A DNA stretch of 64,000 nt from Myxococcota bacterium (GTDB lineage: Bacteria; Myxococcota_A; UBA796; CAJQPC01). Position numbers and translations under genes: made by a program. The stretch lies in assembly GCA_036012755.1 (NCBI GenBank), contig DASCPX010000037.1, positions 19,577-83,576 of the forward strand, in the 5' to 3' direction. Shown here piece by piece: positions 8,413 through 22,482 of this stretch. The notes beneath the pieces were generated by a model. That model made no database searches. It was not told where the DNA came from and was given only the letters and a program-made list of their open reading frames with translations. Each line of letters begins with the position of its first letter. The stretch's first letter is position 1.

Positions 8413-10048
8413 GTCGACTGCGCAGGAGCAGCAAGCTCAACCAGAGCCCGCCGAGCGGTGCGGTCCCACAGCCTCCGGGTTCCTCTGGTGGCCTCTCCGG
8501 AGGCAGCGGCTTGGCCTGCACGACGAAGCTGGCCTCCTCCGAGCTCGCTCCCGGGCCCCAGAGATCGACGGGCGTCACCGACCACGTGACGGTCTGCCCG
8601 AGTTCGACCATCCCGGTGAGATCGAGGCGGGTGCCGTCGACGACGGAGGTGGTGACGATGTCCTCGACGGACCAGGTCAGCTCGTACTCGAGCCAGTCAC
8701 CGTCCGCGTCCAGGGCCGGCTCCCACTCCAACAGCACCCGGTCGACCCATGGGTCCTCTGGACCGAGCAGGCTCGGGGCCAGGGGCGGGTCGTTGGCCAC
8801 CGCGAAGACCGCCGCGCCTGCGTCCACCCGCCCGCAGCCGTAGTAGGGGCTCCAGCCGCTGGCGTCGTAGGCGCCGGAGTCGATGTCGATTCGTGTGGCG
8901 GTGTCGCAGATGACCTCGCGGGCATCGGCGGCGCTCAGGCGCTCGTTGGCGTCGAACATCAAGGCGAAGACCCCGCTGACCACCGGCGCGGAGCCCGAGG
9001 TCCCGGAGAACCAGCCGTAGTAGTAGGAGTCGTCCTCCCAGGCGCCGTACCCGCCCTCGTCGAGGTCGGTCGTGAGCAGGGAGCCGCTGGGGCCGGTGAT
9101 GTCGATCACGTCCCCGTAGTTGCTGTAGCCCTCGCGCTCGTCGTGGCCGTCGCTCGCTGCGACGCCGAAGGTCAGGCGCTGCTGCAGCCAGCCATCCCCC
9201 GAGGCGTCGCAGCCGTCGTTTCCGGCGCTGGCGACGACGACGGTACCGAGCCCGTCGCGGCCGTTTTCCTCTGCGTAGCGGTTCATCTGGCGGAAGGTCT
9301 CGTAGGTATCGAAGGAACCGCAGGTGTGGAAGCCCCAGCTGTTGTTGATGACGACCGCGCCCGCGTCCACCGCTTCTGTGAAGGCGTCGTAGACATCCTC
9401 CAGAGAGCTGCCACCACCGATGAGGCGGATCGCGTAGATCCTGGCGTCGTACGCGACCCCCGTGACCCCCTGGCCGTTGTCCCCTAGCGCCGCGCTGAGC
9501 CCCGCGACGTTCGTGCCGTGCGCCGGGCTGTCGGTGCTGGTGTCGGGGCTCGGGTCGCTGTCGTCTCCGATGTAGTCCCAGCCTGGGATCACATCGAGGT
9601 CCGGATGATCCGGCAGCACGCCGGAGTCCAACACCGCGATGAGCTGGCCCTCTCCGGTCGACAGATCCCAGGCCACGTCCGCGCGGATGTCGGCGCCCTC
9701 GGTCATTCCCCGCTGGCCCGTGTTCACGAGGTGCCACTGGTCCCCGAAGTAGGGATCGTTCGGCAGGGCGTGCGGCGCGATCGGGAGGACGAAGTCGGGA
9801 TGTGCCCACTGCACGGCTTCCTCGGCCCATAGGGAGTTCGACAGGGCCACCGGGTCGTCCTCGGCGACCACCACCAACAGGCCGCCGGGCCTCTCGGAGA
9901 CCGAGGCGACTCCTGGATGTTCGGCGATGACCGCGGCATCTCCAGCGGCGAGGACCAGCCCCGTGAGGGGGAACTGCACCGCGACGAACTCCGGGCCCGG
10001 TCCAGGGTGGAACTCGGCGGCCTGAGCCAGGGTTAGCAGGGCGAGCAC
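8342..10048 (-). CDS. S8 (subtilisin/kexin-like) serine peptidase with MYXO-CTERM-like anchor
   Basis: Triad LDSG / HGT / GTSGS, oxyanion SAGN; tail GGCGTAPLGGLWLSLLLLRSR. Confidence 0.9.
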   Translation of the reverse strand: MLALLTLAQAAEFHPGPGPEFVAVQFPLTGLVLAAGDAAVIAEHPGVASVSERPGGLLVVVAEDDPVALSNSLWAEEAVQWAHPDFVLPIAPHALPNDPYFGDQWHLVNTGQRGMTEGADIRADVAWDLSTGEGQLIAVLDSGVLPDHPDLDVIPGWDYIGDDSDPSPDTSTDSPAHGTNVAGLSAALGDNGQGVTGVAYDARIYAIRLIGGGSSLEDVYDAFTEAVDAGAVVINNSWGFHTCGSFDTYETFRQMNRYAEENGRDGLGTVVVASAGNDGCDASGDGWLQQRLTFGVAASDGHDEREGYSNYGDVIDITGPSGSLLTTDLDEGGYGAWEDDSYYYGWFSGTSGSAPVVSGVFALMFDANERLSAADAREVICDTATRIDIDSGAYDASGWSPYYGCGRVDAGAAVFAVANDPPLAPSLLGPEDPWVDRVLLEWEPALDADGDWLEYELTWSVEDIVTTSVVDGTRLDLTGMVELGQTVTWSVTPVDLWGPGASSEEASFVVQAKPLPPERPPEEPGGCGTAPLGGLWLSLLLLRSRLTRSEPSPGCARSRRRKRTPGSP

Positions 10049-10054
10049 CGGGGC

Positions 10055-10062
10055 AGTATGGT
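10055..10062. promoter_or_regulatory. Overlapping divergent -10 boxes (leaderless-type)
   Basis: + TATGGT 7 nt before ATG 10070; - CATACT 6 nt before GTG 10048. Confidence 0.55.
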
Positions 10063-10069
10063 CGAGCCG

Positions 10070-11428
10070 ATGTGGCTTGTGTGGATGGCATGTCAGGACC
10101 CTGCGCCGGTCCTCGAGGACACCTGGTTCGAGCCGGGCTGCGGCAACGGGATCCTGGAAGACGGCGAGGCCTGCGACGACGGCGAGGACAACTCGGACAC
10201 CGAGCCCGATGCATGTCGGAGCACCTGCGTGCTGCCGGAGTGCGGCGACGCGGTCGCTGACTCCGCTGAGGCTTGCGACGACGGGAACCCCATCGGCGGC
10301 GACGGGTGCACGCCCCTGTGCACTGCGGAGGGCTCGCTGGAGTCGGAGCCGAACGACTCCCTCGAGGAGGCCAATCCATGGTCCCAGACCATCTACGGCT
10401 CCCTCGGCGAGGACGACGTCGACTGCTTCTCCTTCCTCGTCCGTGACTGCCAGTCCATCTCGGCTCGGCTCCAGTCACCCTGTCCGGTGCCGGCGACCCT
10501 TGGCCTCTACGACCTCGACGGCAGCAACGTCGGGGTGGGCACTCCCGACGACGAGGGCTGTGCTGTCCTCGACCCTGCGGATGTGCTGGGGGCCCGCTTC
10601 GCCGACGAGGGTGACTGGGGGCTCTGCCTCGAGGGGCTGCAGGGCAGGGAGGTGCCCTTCTACGCCCTCGATGTCTCGTTCTCGGACCGCGAAGATGTGG
10701 ACTACCCGATCTCCGAAGAGGACGACCCCGACGGCGACGGGCTGCCCAGCCGCTGCGACGACGACAGGGACGGGGACGGCGTGCTCGATACGTCGGACAA
10801 CTGCCCGGACACCCCCAACGGCCCGGACATGGGACCGCTCTCGCCGAGCGACGATGGCTTCCTGCGCACCTGGCTCGCTGCCGGACCCTTCACCGGCCAC
10901 ACCTCGCCCGATGAGTGCCTGCCCTCGGAGGAGGCCCTCGTGGGGGAGCCCGATGTCACCCCCGAGCTGGGCACCGCCGCCGGGGAGCTCGTCTGGACCG
11001 CGCTGTACTCCAGCGACGACCGCCTGGGCTTCCTCACCGACTACGGCTCGGTCAGCGCCCCGCGCGAGGTCTACATCGCGGTCTACCTCCGAGTCGAGAC
11101 GGAGCGCACCCTGACCCTGGCACACGGTCCGGACGATGGCGCCACGGTGTGGCTAGACGGAGAGGTGGTCCAGGAGATCACTGGCTGCCAGGGCACCACC
11201 GCCGATCAGTTCCGCGCCGAGCTCACCCTCCCGGCCGGGTGGTCCCAGCTGTTGATCAAGGTCCACGACCAGGGCGGCGGCTGGGGCGACTACGTGCGCT
11301 TCCTCGGTGAAGGCGGCGAGCCGGTCACGGACCTGGAGCTCTCGCTGTCTCCATACGCGAGCTGGGACAACGACCAGGTGGACTCGGATGGAGATGGTCT
11401 CGGCGACGTCTGCGATCCGGAGCCCTGA
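10070..11428 (+). CDS. Lipoprotein with Myxococcus Cys-rich repeats, TSP3-like Ca-binding repeats and a PA14-like domain
   Basis: MWLVWMA-C; CGNGILEDGEACDDG, CGDAVADSAEACDDGN; DPDGDGLPSRCD, DRDGDGVLDTSDNCP; GPDDGATVWLDG. Alternative start 10058. Confidence 0.7.
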   Translation: MWLVWMACQDPAPVLEDTWFEPGCGNGILEDGEACDDGEDNSDTEPDACRSTCVLPECGDAVADSAEACDDGNPIGGDGCTPLCTAEGSLESEPNDSLEEANPWSQTIYGSLGEDDVDCFSFLVRDCQSISARLQSPCPVPATLGLYDLDGSNVGVGTPDDEGCAVLDPADVLGARFADEGDWGLCLEGLQGREVPFYALDVSFSDREDVDYPISEEDDPDGDGLPSRCDDDRDGDGVLDTSDNCPDTPNGPDMGPLSPSDDGFLRTWLAAGPFTGHTSPDECLPSEEALVGEPDVTPELGTAAGELVWTALYSSDDRLGFLTDYGSVSAPREVYIAVYLRVETERTLTLAHGPDDGATVWLDGEVVQEITGCQGTTADQFRAELTLPAGWSQLLIKVHDQGGGWGDYVRFLGEGGEPVTDLELSLSPYASWDNDQVDSDGDGLGDVCDPEP

Positions 11429-11443
11429 GATGCTTCGTTGCGA

Positions 11444-11449
11444 TAGCGT
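11444..11449 (+). promoter_or_regulatory. -10 box of leaderless dctP transcript
   Basis: TAGCGT 6 nt before ATG 11456; no SD. Confidence 0.55.
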
Positions 11450-11455
11450 GCGCCC

Positions 11456-12558
<1,103 letters not shown>

Positions 12559-12562
<4 letters not shown>

Positions 12563-14334
12563 TCTGGCTCGTCTGCACCGCCCTCGCCGACGAGGACGCC
12601 TTCCGCTTCGCCGTGGTCGGGGACACCCAGACCGATGGGTACGAGACGAGCATCAACTCGACGGTGTTCCCCGCCATCATCGAGGCCGCGAACCAGCAGA
12701 ACGCCGAGTACCTGCTCGTCGCCGGGGACCTCGTCGGAGGCTCCGGGACGGTCGGGGGCACCGTCACCCAGTGGGAGGACTTCAGCGCCGCCACCGCTGA
12801 CTTCGACGGCACGCTGCTGGTCACGGTGGGCAACCACGATGTCTACGGGGCCGGCGGGACCTTCGCCGCCTTCCGGGACCACTTCGGCATGCCGACGGAC
12901 TCCCCCGAGGGCGAGGAGGGCGTCAGCTACGTCTTCGACCACGGCGACACCAGGTTCGTGGCGGTCAGCAGCGACCAGGAAGACGGCGGCTACCGGATCT
13001 CCAGCGCGGCCCTGGCCTGGCTGGACGAGGTGCTCGCCGACTCTGGGGACTTCGAGCACGTCTACGTCATGACCCACCACCCGGTGACCTTCTCCACCGA
13101 CAACAGCCTGGGGGGCACCTACGGTGACTTCTGGCAGCTGCTCGTGGCCAACGGGGTCGAGGCGCTGTTCACCGGGCACTGGCACCGCATCCAGGCCAGC
13201 CAGCCCGGCAACGGCGGCCCGACCTGGGAGACCATCCTCGGCACCGGCGGCGGCTGGACGGGCTTCTCGCCGATCCGCGACTACCAGCAGCAGCATGGCT
13301 TCGTGCTGGTCGAGGTCGACGGCGCCTGGGCCCAGGCCACCTTCTACGGCGACGGTGACGGTGATGGTGAGTACGACGAGGCCCTCGACACCTGGCTGCT
13401 GGACCCTGGCGGCGAGGCCGAGCGGGGGCTCAGAGCGCGCTATCGCTTCGACGAGGGCGTCGTGGCCGACTCCGCTCCGAGGCCGCTGGGCAAGGGCATC
13501 GGCGGCGAGGTGCTCGGCGACGCCAGGATCAACGAGGGCGGCCCCTTCCACGGCTACCTGGCCCTCGACGGCGACGGCGACTCGGTCGAGGCGGGGGCCA
13601 TCGGCGACTACGTGCTCGCCATCAAGGGTGAGCTCACCCTGTCGATGTGGGTCCGCATCGACTCGGCCCAGCCGGGGCGCTGGGGCAACGCGCTGTTGTG
13701 CTACGCCACCAACGACTACGCAGGCGAAGACGAGCAGTCCAACTACAGCTGGTGGTTGTCCGTCGCGGACGAGGACGGCTCCCTGCTCGCCTTCTGGGAG
13801 CACGGCGACGGAGAGAACGTCTACGCGTCCTCCAGCGAGGGCAGCGATCTGATCGACGGGGACTGGCACCACGTGGCCTTTGTCCGCTCGGAGACAGATG
13901 CGCGCTTCTTCGTCGACGGCCGGGAGGTCGGCGAGACGCAGGCGGTCGAGACCCTCCCCACCGGCGGCGGACGCGGCATGCTCTACATGGGCTCCGACAC
14001 CCGCGCCAACCTCGGAAACGAGAGCGATCTGCACGGCGCTCTCGATGAGATCTGTGTCTACGACCTCGCGCTGGCGGACTACCAGGTCGTCGCGCTGGCC
14101 GACCACACCGAGTGTGACGAGCTGCCAGAGGACCCGGGTCCCGTGGACACTGGCCCGCACGACTCCGATCCGACCGACACGGGCGAGACCGAGTCTCCAG
14201 AGGGACGCGACCCGGTCATCGAAGCCGAGCGGCGCTGTGGCTGCGCCGGCGGGCCGGTTGCTCCCCTCGGTCTGGGGCTGGTCCTGCTGCTGGCTAGTCG
14301 ACGAACCAGGTCACGAGCTCCGGGAAGCAGATGA
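12559..14334 (+). CDS. Secreted metallophosphoesterase + LamG/ConA-like domain + MYXO-CTERM-like anchor
   Basis: GDTQ, AGDLV, GNHD, HHP, GHWH metal motifs; WHHVAFVR..FFVDG..GALDEICVYD LamG motifs; tail CGCAGGPVAPLGLGLVLLLASRR; ATGA coupling to dctP. Confidence 0.85.
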
Positions 14335-15610
14335 CCAGGGCGAGCCCTACGAGCTGGATGACGATGAAGGGCACGACGCCCTTGTAGATGGCGGTCGTCG
14401 GCATCTCCGGGGGGGCTACCCCGCGCAGGTAGAACAGCGAGAAGCCGAAGGGCGGGGTGAGGAAGCTGGTCTGGAGGTTCATCGCGATGATGACCCCGAA
14501 CCAGATCATGTCGATGCCGAGGATGCGCGCTGCCGGGACCAACAGCGGCAGGATGATGAAGGCGATCTCGAAGAAGTCGATGAAGAAGCCGAGGATGAAG
14601 ATCGAGATCATCGCCACGACCAGCAGGCCCCACTTGCCGCCGGGGAGGTTGGTCAGCAGGTCCTCGATCCAGACGTCGCCGTAGAGCCCGCGGAAGACAA
14701 GCGCGAAGGCGGTGGAGCCGATGAGCAGGAAGAGCACCATGGCCGTGAGCCGGGTCGTCTCCTGCATGGCGCCGGAGACTGCCTTCCAGCTCAGGCGCCG
14801 GTTCATCGCAGCCAGGCCCATGGCCCCGACGGCGCCCAGGGCGCCGGCCTCTGTTGGGGTCGCGACTCCGATGAAGATGCTGCCCAGGACCAGCAGGATG
14901 AGCACCAGCGGCGGGATCATGACGAGGAACACCCGACGGACCAGCCCCTCGGTGGGTCGAGCCTCGGGGGGCAGCGCCGGAGCCGCCTTTGGCCGGAAGA
15001 CGGCAACGCCCACGATGTAGAGCGCGAAGAGGCCCGCGAGCATCACACCAGGAGCCGCCGCTCCGACGAACAGATCCCCCACCGAGACGCTGAGCTGGTC
15101 GGCGAGCACGATGAGCACGACGCTCGGAGGGATGATCTGCCCCAGGGTGCCGCTGGCTGTGATGACCCCCGCCGAGAGCTCCTGCGAGTAGCCGAAGCGC
15201 AGCATCACAGGCAGGGAGATGAGCCCCATCGCGACCACGCTGGCGCCGACCACGCCGGTGGCCGCCGCGAGCAGGGCGCCGACGAAGACGACCGCCAGCG
15301 CCAGCCCGCCCCGCAGGCTGCCGAAGAGCGCGCCGATGGTGGTGAGGAGGTCCTCGGCCAGCTTCGACTTCTCGAGCATCGTGCCCATGAAGATGAAGAA
15401 GGGCACCGCGAGCAGCACGTAGTTGCTCATGATGCCGAAGACCCGCTCCGGGAAGGCGTTCATGAGCGCCCAGTCGAAGAAGCCCGTGGCCACGCCGATG
15501 AAGGCGAAGATCAGGGCGGTGCCCCCCAGGGCGAAGGCCACCGGGTAGCCCGAGAAGATCAGACCGAAGGCGACCACGAACATCGCCGGCCCGAGCCAGT
15601 CGAGGCTCAC
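14294..15610 (-). CDS. dctM: TRAP transporter large permease
   Basis: GYPVAFALG, LAVPFFIFMG, GTLGQIIPPS, ATPTEAG, SFLTPPFG; about 12 TMs. Confidence 0.93.
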   Translation of the reverse strand: MSLDWLGPAMFVVAFGLIFSGYPVAFALGGTALIFAFIGVATGFFDWALMNAFPERVFGIMSNYVLLAVPFFIFMGTMLEKSKLAEDLLTTIGALFGSLRGGLALAVVFVGALLAAATGVVGASVVAMGLISLPVMLRFGYSQELSAGVITASGTLGQIIPPSVVLIVLADQLSVSVGDLFVGAAAPGVMLAGLFALYIVGVAVFRPKAAPALPPEARPTEGLVRRVFLVMIPPLVLILLVLGSIFIGVATPTEAGALGAVGAMGLAAMNRRLSWKAVSGAMQETTRLTAMVLFLLIGSTAFALVFRGLYGDVWIEDLLTNLPGGKWGLLVVAMISIFILGFFIDFFEIAFIILPLLVPAARILGIDMIWFGVIIAMNLQTSFLTPPFGFSLFYLRGVAPPEMPTTAIYKGVVPFIVIQLVGLALVICFPELVTWFVD

Positions 15611-16158
15611 GGGTCTTCCTTCTGCACGAGGTCCCCGGCGTCATCGCCACGGAGGACGCGGATGCGCTTGATGACCTCGCTGATCCCCTGGAAGAACAGC
15701 AGGACGAAGCTCACCAGGATCATCGACTTGATGGGCCAGCGCGGGAGCCCGCCCGGATCGGGAGACTGCTCCCAGACCGCCCAGGAGTTCGCGACCGAGG
15801 ACCAGCTCACCAACAGCGCGAAGACACAGAAGGGCAGGAGGAACAACAGGCCGCCCAGCAGATCGATGATCGCCTTGTTCTTCTTCGAGAGCCGCCCGTA
15901 GAAGACGTCCACCCGCACGTGCTCGTCGCGCCGCAAGGTGTAGCCGGCGCCGAGCAGGAACAGCAGCGAGAAGAGGTACCACTGGCCTTCGAGGAAGGCG
16001 TTCGAGGACAGCTGGGTCTCGGTGAAGCGCCCGAGGTAGCGGGCGACCGAGTTGAAGGCGCCGATAGCGACCATCGCGAGCACGAAGAAGCCGACCAGCT
16101 TGCCGATCTTCTCGTTCAGCGCGTCGATGCCGCGGGAGATGGCGGTGAGCGCCTTCAT
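15607..16158 (-). CDS. dctQ: TRAP transporter small permease
   Basis: 4 TMs, HVRVDVFY motif, SPDPGGLP; overlaps dctM start. Confidence 0.92.
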   Translation of the reverse strand: MKALTAISRGIDALNEKIGKLVGFFVLAMVAIGAFNSVARYLGRFTETQLSSNAFLEGQWYLFSLLFLLGAGYTLRRDEHVRVDVFYGRLSKKNKAIIDLLGGLLFLLPFCVFALLVSWSSVANSWAVWEQSPDPGGLPRWPIKSMILVSFVLLFFQGISEVIKRIRVLRGDDAGDLVQKEDP

Positions 16159-16192
16159 CAGGGGCCGCGAACCTAACAGGTGGGGAGGGGTC

Positions 16193-16198
16193 TACACT
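16193..16198 (+). promoter_or_regulatory. -10 box of leaderless small membrane protein gene
   Basis: TACACT 6 nt before GTG 16205. Confidence 0.55.
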
Positions 16199-16204
16199 TT
16201 GGCG

Positions 16205-16462
16205 GTGTTGATCCTGCTGATCGTCAGCGACGTGGTCCTGGCCAGCCTCGTCTTCGTCAGCCTGGCCAAGCCGGACCTCGCGATCTCCTTCGCGATCCGC
16301 CGGATGGGCATGAACGACCCCTGGTTCCAGGAGCACGTCGGCGAACAGGAGCTCGACCGCCTGCGCAAGGTCGCGAGGCTCTTTGGGCTCGCGGGTCTGT
16401 TGGCCGTCTTCGGCTGGAGCTTCCTCGTCGGGGCGCTGATGGCGGTTGACGCCCTAGGCTGA
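16205..16462 (+). CDS. Small 2-TM membrane protein
   Basis: Two hydrophobic segments; start moved from 16052 (overlaps dctQ) to GTG 16205. Confidence 0.6.
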   Translation: MLILLIVSDVVLASLVFVSLAKPDLAISFAIRRMGMNDPWFQEHVGEQELDRLRKVARLFGLAGLLAVFGWSFLVGALMAVDALG

Positions 16463-16474
16463 TGCGAGTAGTAC
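16446..16474 (+). promoter_or_regulatory. Putative sigma70 promoter of tRNA-Met
   Basis: TTGACG, 17 nt, TAGTAC, ending 11 nt before the tRNA (same geometry as the tRNA-Cys promoter). Confidence 0.4.
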
Positions 16475-16485
16475 CCGCACGCTCT

Positions 16486-16559
16486 GGCTTTGTAGCTCAG
16501 TTGGTTAGAGCATACGGTTCATACCCGTAGTGTCACTGGTTCGACTCCAGTCAAAGCCA
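16486..16559 (+). tRNA. tRNA-Met(CAT), elongator type
   Basis: Acceptor GGCTTTG/CAAAGCC (paired 1:72, so not initiator); D arm GCTC/GAGC; anticodon arm TACGG-TTCATAC-CCGTA; T arm ACTGG-TTCGACT-CCAGT; A73 then CCT. Ile2 not fully excluded. Confidence 0.93.
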
Positions 16560-16566
16560 CCTCTCG

Positions 16567-16595
16567 GAAACCCCGGTTCGCCGGGGTTTCTCTCT
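16567..16595 (+). terminator. Intrinsic terminator after tRNA-Met
   Basis: Perfect 10-bp stem GAAACCCCGG-TTCG-CCGGGGTTTC followed by TCTCT. Confidence 0.75.
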
Positions 16596-16639
16596 GACTC
16601 CCCCTTGCCACGGGTGGACGGCTGACGGTCATCCTCGAG

Positions 16640-18334
16640 ATGCTCGAGCGCTACGGCGAGCTGCTGGTCGACGCCGCGCCTCGGATCGCCGGGCTCTTCG
16701 TCGTGGGGGCCCTGCTGGCGGTCGTCGGACGGCGTCGTGTCATCGCTCCGCTGATGGTGCTCCTCGGGGTGGTGGCCGGGGTGGTCCTGGCCATCGAGCG
16801 AGCGTCGGTCTGCGACGACGCTTTCGTGTCCTTCCGCTATGCGCGCAACCTGCTGGAGGGCCACGGGCTGGTCTGGAACATCGGCGAGCGTGTGGAGGGC
16901 TACACGAACTTCCTCTGGGTGATGCTCACGGCGGCGGTCTCGGGTGTCATCGGCCTGGAGCTCCCGCTCGTGGCTGTCGCGCTCTGCCTGATCTCCTTCG
17001 TCGCCGTGATCCTGCTGGTCTGGCGGCATTCCCGCTCCGGCGTGGCTGCGCTGCTCTTCGCCCTGTCCGCCACGGCGCTGGACTACGCGACGACCGGCAT
17101 GGAGACCATGTTCGGCGCGGCGCTCGTGCTCGGCGGAGCGCTCCTGCTCTGCGACAAGGAGCGCTCCGTGGCCTGGGGTGGGGCCCTGTTCGCCCTCGCC
17201 GTGCTGACCCGTCCCGACCATCTCCTGTTCTGGGGGGCCGGGGGCCTGGTCGTGCTGCTCGGTGGCCAGCGTCGACCCCGCGATCTCGCCGTCTACGCCG
17301 CGACCCTCGTCCCGGTCCTGGTCCACGCCGCCTGGCGCTTTGGCTACTACGGCGAGCTGCTCCCGAACACCTTCCACGCCAAGTCGGCGAGCACCGCGTA
17401 CTTCAGCCAGGGTGGCATCTACACCCTCGCCTTCCTGCTCGGCGCGCACCTGTGGGTGATCATCCCGCTGGCGCTCTCCGGCCTGCGACGCAGCGCGCGG
17501 CCATTCGCCGTCTTCGCGGGCGCATCTCTGCCCATCTGGCATGCCTACGTCGTGTGGGTCGGCGGCGACTTCATGTTCGGGCGCTTCTTGCTGGTCCTGT
17601 TGCCGATCTGGCTCGTGCTCGCGGCGAAGGGCGCGAAGGGGCCGCTCTCCAACGGGCTGCTGCTGGCGACCCTCGGGGGCGTCTCGATCATCGGACCGGA
17701 GGTCCACCGCTGGCACATCACGGACGAGACTCGGGTCTACCCCGTGACCCAGTGGCACCCGCAGCTGGTGATCGACCACCACAACTGGCGCACGGGGGTC
17801 CGCCTCGGGGAGCTCTTCGACGAGGACTACCGCCCCGTGGTCGCCACCAGCGGCATCGGCATGGTGGGCTACTACTCCAGGCTGGAGGTCATCGATCTCC
17901 TCGGCCTCACCGACGCCCGCATCGCTCGAAGACCCGTGGAGGAGAGGGGCATGGTCGGCCACGAGAAGAGGCCCCGCGCCGGCTACGTGTTGCGCAAGCG
18001 CGGCGCTGTCATCGGTCGCTGGCAGGGGCTGTTTCCCCAGCCGAGGTGGAGGCCTGTCACTCGCCTGGACATGGGCCTGGAGCTGGATGAGCAGTGGCGG
18101 GCGTTCTGCTACGAGCCAGAGCTCGTCGCGTACGTGGAGGCCCACCCGGAGATGTCGCTGCGCGACTTCACCGAGATCATCGACCGCTGGCTGACCCGGG
18201 GCCCCTGGCGACCGGCGCCGATCACCGCCTCCTCCGACGTCGCCTTCTTCGACGCCTACTACTTCGCCTGCAACGACGATCCAGAGCGAAAGGAGGCTGT
18301 CGAGCGTCGCCTGCGAGAGCGGACCGGACAATGA
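16640..18334 (+). CDS. Polytopic GT-C-type membrane glycosyltransferase (AftB-like)
   Basis: DDAFVSFRYARNLLEGHGLVWNIGERVEGYTN, GMET, TRPD, LLPNTFHAK, VGGDFM..RF, IDLLGLTD motifs. Confidence 0.7.
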   Translation: MLERYGELLVDAAPRIAGLFVVGALLAVVGRRRVIAPLMVLLGVVAGVVLAIERASVCDDAFVSFRYARNLLEGHGLVWNIGERVEGYTNFLWVMLTAAVSGVIGLELPLVAVALCLISFVAVILLVWRHSRSGVAALLFALSATALDYATTGMETMFGAALVLGGALLLCDKERSVAWGGALFALAVLTRPDHLLFWGAGGLVVLLGGQRRPRDLAVYAATLVPVLVHAAWRFGYYGELLPNTFHAKSASTAYFSQGGIYTLAFLLGAHLWVIIPLALSGLRRSARPFAVFAGASLPIWHAYVVWVGGDFMFGRFLLVLLPIWLVLAAKGAKGPLSNGLLLATLGGVSIIGPEVHRWHITDETRVYPVTQWHPQLVIDHHNWRTGVRLGELFDEDYRPVVATSGIGMVGYYSRLEVIDLLGLTDARIARRPVEERGMVGHEKRPRAGYVLRKRGAVIGRWQGLFPQPRWRPVTRLDMGLELDEQWRAFCYEPELVAYVEAHPEMSLRDFTEIIDRWLTRGPWRPAPITASSDVAFFDAYYFACNDDPERKEAVERRLRERTGQ

Positions 18335-18392
18335 ACGAAAAGGCGTGACCCGCTGCAAGGAACGGACACATGGCTGCGTTGTCATATCGACC

Positions 18393-19501
18393 ATGCGCCG
18401 TTGTCTGCTGATCGCCGGGCTTCTCTTCGGCTGCGCCGCTGCCCTCGCGGCGATCCCCGAGCCGGATCTCCACCCGCGGGCCGAGCGCATCCTGCTCGAA
18501 CAGGTGCAGGGCTGGGAGGACGCCGAGGGGGTGCCCGAGTCATTCGTGGCGATGCGCGGGATCAACGCCGAGTGGGACTTCATGGGCCGGACCTTCCTGG
18601 TCCTGTCGCTGACGAACCTCGCGCTGGAGCATCCAGAGGACAGCGAGCGGCTCCTCGGCATGGTCGACGCCCTCATCGAGGACACCGTCGCCGCCGAGGC
18701 GCTGAGAGGGCAGGAGCACTTCTTGATGCCCTATGGTCGCAACGGCGGCTGGCTCGGGAGCGGGCGGAGCCTCTTCGTGGATGGCGAGATCGCCCTGATG
18801 ATGGCTGCTCGTCGGGTCGTCGATCCCGATCGCTGGGGACCCGAGCTCCGTCCGCGGATCGACCTCATCGCGGGGGACCTCGAGGACGCCGCGCTGGCCG
18901 AGTCCTACCCGGACGAGGGCTGGCTGTTCTGCCACTCGATGGCGCTGGCCGCGCTGCGTCTCCACGACCACGTCGAGGGCACCGACCACAGCGAGCTCGC
19001 CAGCGCCTGGGTGGAGCGCGCGGAGGCGGAGCTGGTCGATCCCGACACGGGTCTCTTGATCTCCAGCTTCACCACCGATGGCCGCTGGCTCGACGGTCCA
19101 GAGGGCAGCAGCATCTTCCTTGCCGCGACGAACCTCGCCCTGGTCGATCCGGAGCTCGCCGAGGCCCAGTACGAGCTGGCCGCGGCCGAGCTCGGTGGCA
19201 ACCTGGTGGGCTTCGGCTACGCCCGGGAGTGGCCCCGCAGCTGGAGCGGTCCGCTCGACGTGGACTCCGGGCCGCTGGTCCCCGTGATCGAAGCCAGCCC
19301 CAGCGCCAGCGGCTTCTTCCTCCTCGCTTCGCGGGCCTTCGACGACGGAGGCAACCACCGGCGCCTCGTGCGCTCGCTGGACGCGGCCGATGCGGTCATC
19401 GCCCTCGACGCAGAGATGGCCGCCATGGCCGACAACCCGGTCGGCGACGCGGTCCTGCTCTACGCCTTCACCTTCGGGCCTCTCTGGGAGGAGGTCGGTC
19501 C

Positions 19502-19511
<10 letters not shown>
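18393..19511 (+). CDS. Secreted linalool dehydratase/isomerase-like protein
   Basis: Signal peptide MRRCLLIAGLLFGCAAALA; ESYPDEGWLFCHSMALAALRLHDHVEGTDHS resembles the Ldi active-site segment as recalled. Confidence 0.55.
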
Positions 19512-21973
<2,462 letters not shown>

Positions 21974-22001
21974 GAGACCTCCGAGGCAGAGAGTGTCCCA
22001 T

Positions 22002-22007
22002 TAGGCT
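22002..22007 (+). promoter_or_regulatory. -10 box of leaderless lipoprotein gene
   Basis: TAGGCT-TGGGTCT-GTG(22015). Confidence 0.55.
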
Positions 22008-22014
22008 TGGGTCT

Positions 22015-22482
22015 GTGATCTGGCTTCTTCTCGCCTGCGAGTACACCCCCGAAGAACTCTGCGCGGGCAAGGGCCCGGAGTCCCTCGATCTCGGCGGTGG
22101 AGAGAGCGACTCCTTCGAGCCCTATGTCGAGGGCGACGAGGCCGAGATCATGGTCCCACCCCAGGGGGGCTACGGCCTGACCTTCCGGGCCCGCACGCTG
22201 GGGCTCGTCACGAACAACGTCGTCGATCTCGACATGGAGACGGAGCACGACGGCGAGGTGATCGGGCAGTTCGCCGCCGAGGGCTGGTACGTCTACTGCC
22301 AGGAGGAGGGTCACGGCCTGTTGTGGGGGACGGCGACCCCGATCGACGAGGCCCTCTTCCCGAGCGGGGACGACCTAGCGGTGCTCGACGGCGAGACCGC
22401 CGTGATGCGCGTGACGGCGACGGACGTCGATGGTGACACGGCGACCGGCGAGGCCACGGTCACGATGTGGCTCAGGGACTGA
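22015..22482 (+). CDS. Hypothetical lipoprotein
   Basis: MIWLLLA-C; acidic beta-rich body with PQGGY motif. Confidence 0.7.
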   Translation: MIWLLLACEYTPEELCAGKGPESLDLGGGESDSFEPYVEGDEAEIMVPPQGGYGLTFRARTLGLVTNNVVDLDMETEHDGEVIGQFAAEGWYVYCQEEGHGLLWGTATPIDEALFPSGDDLAVLDGETAVMRVTATDVDGDTATGEATVTMWLRD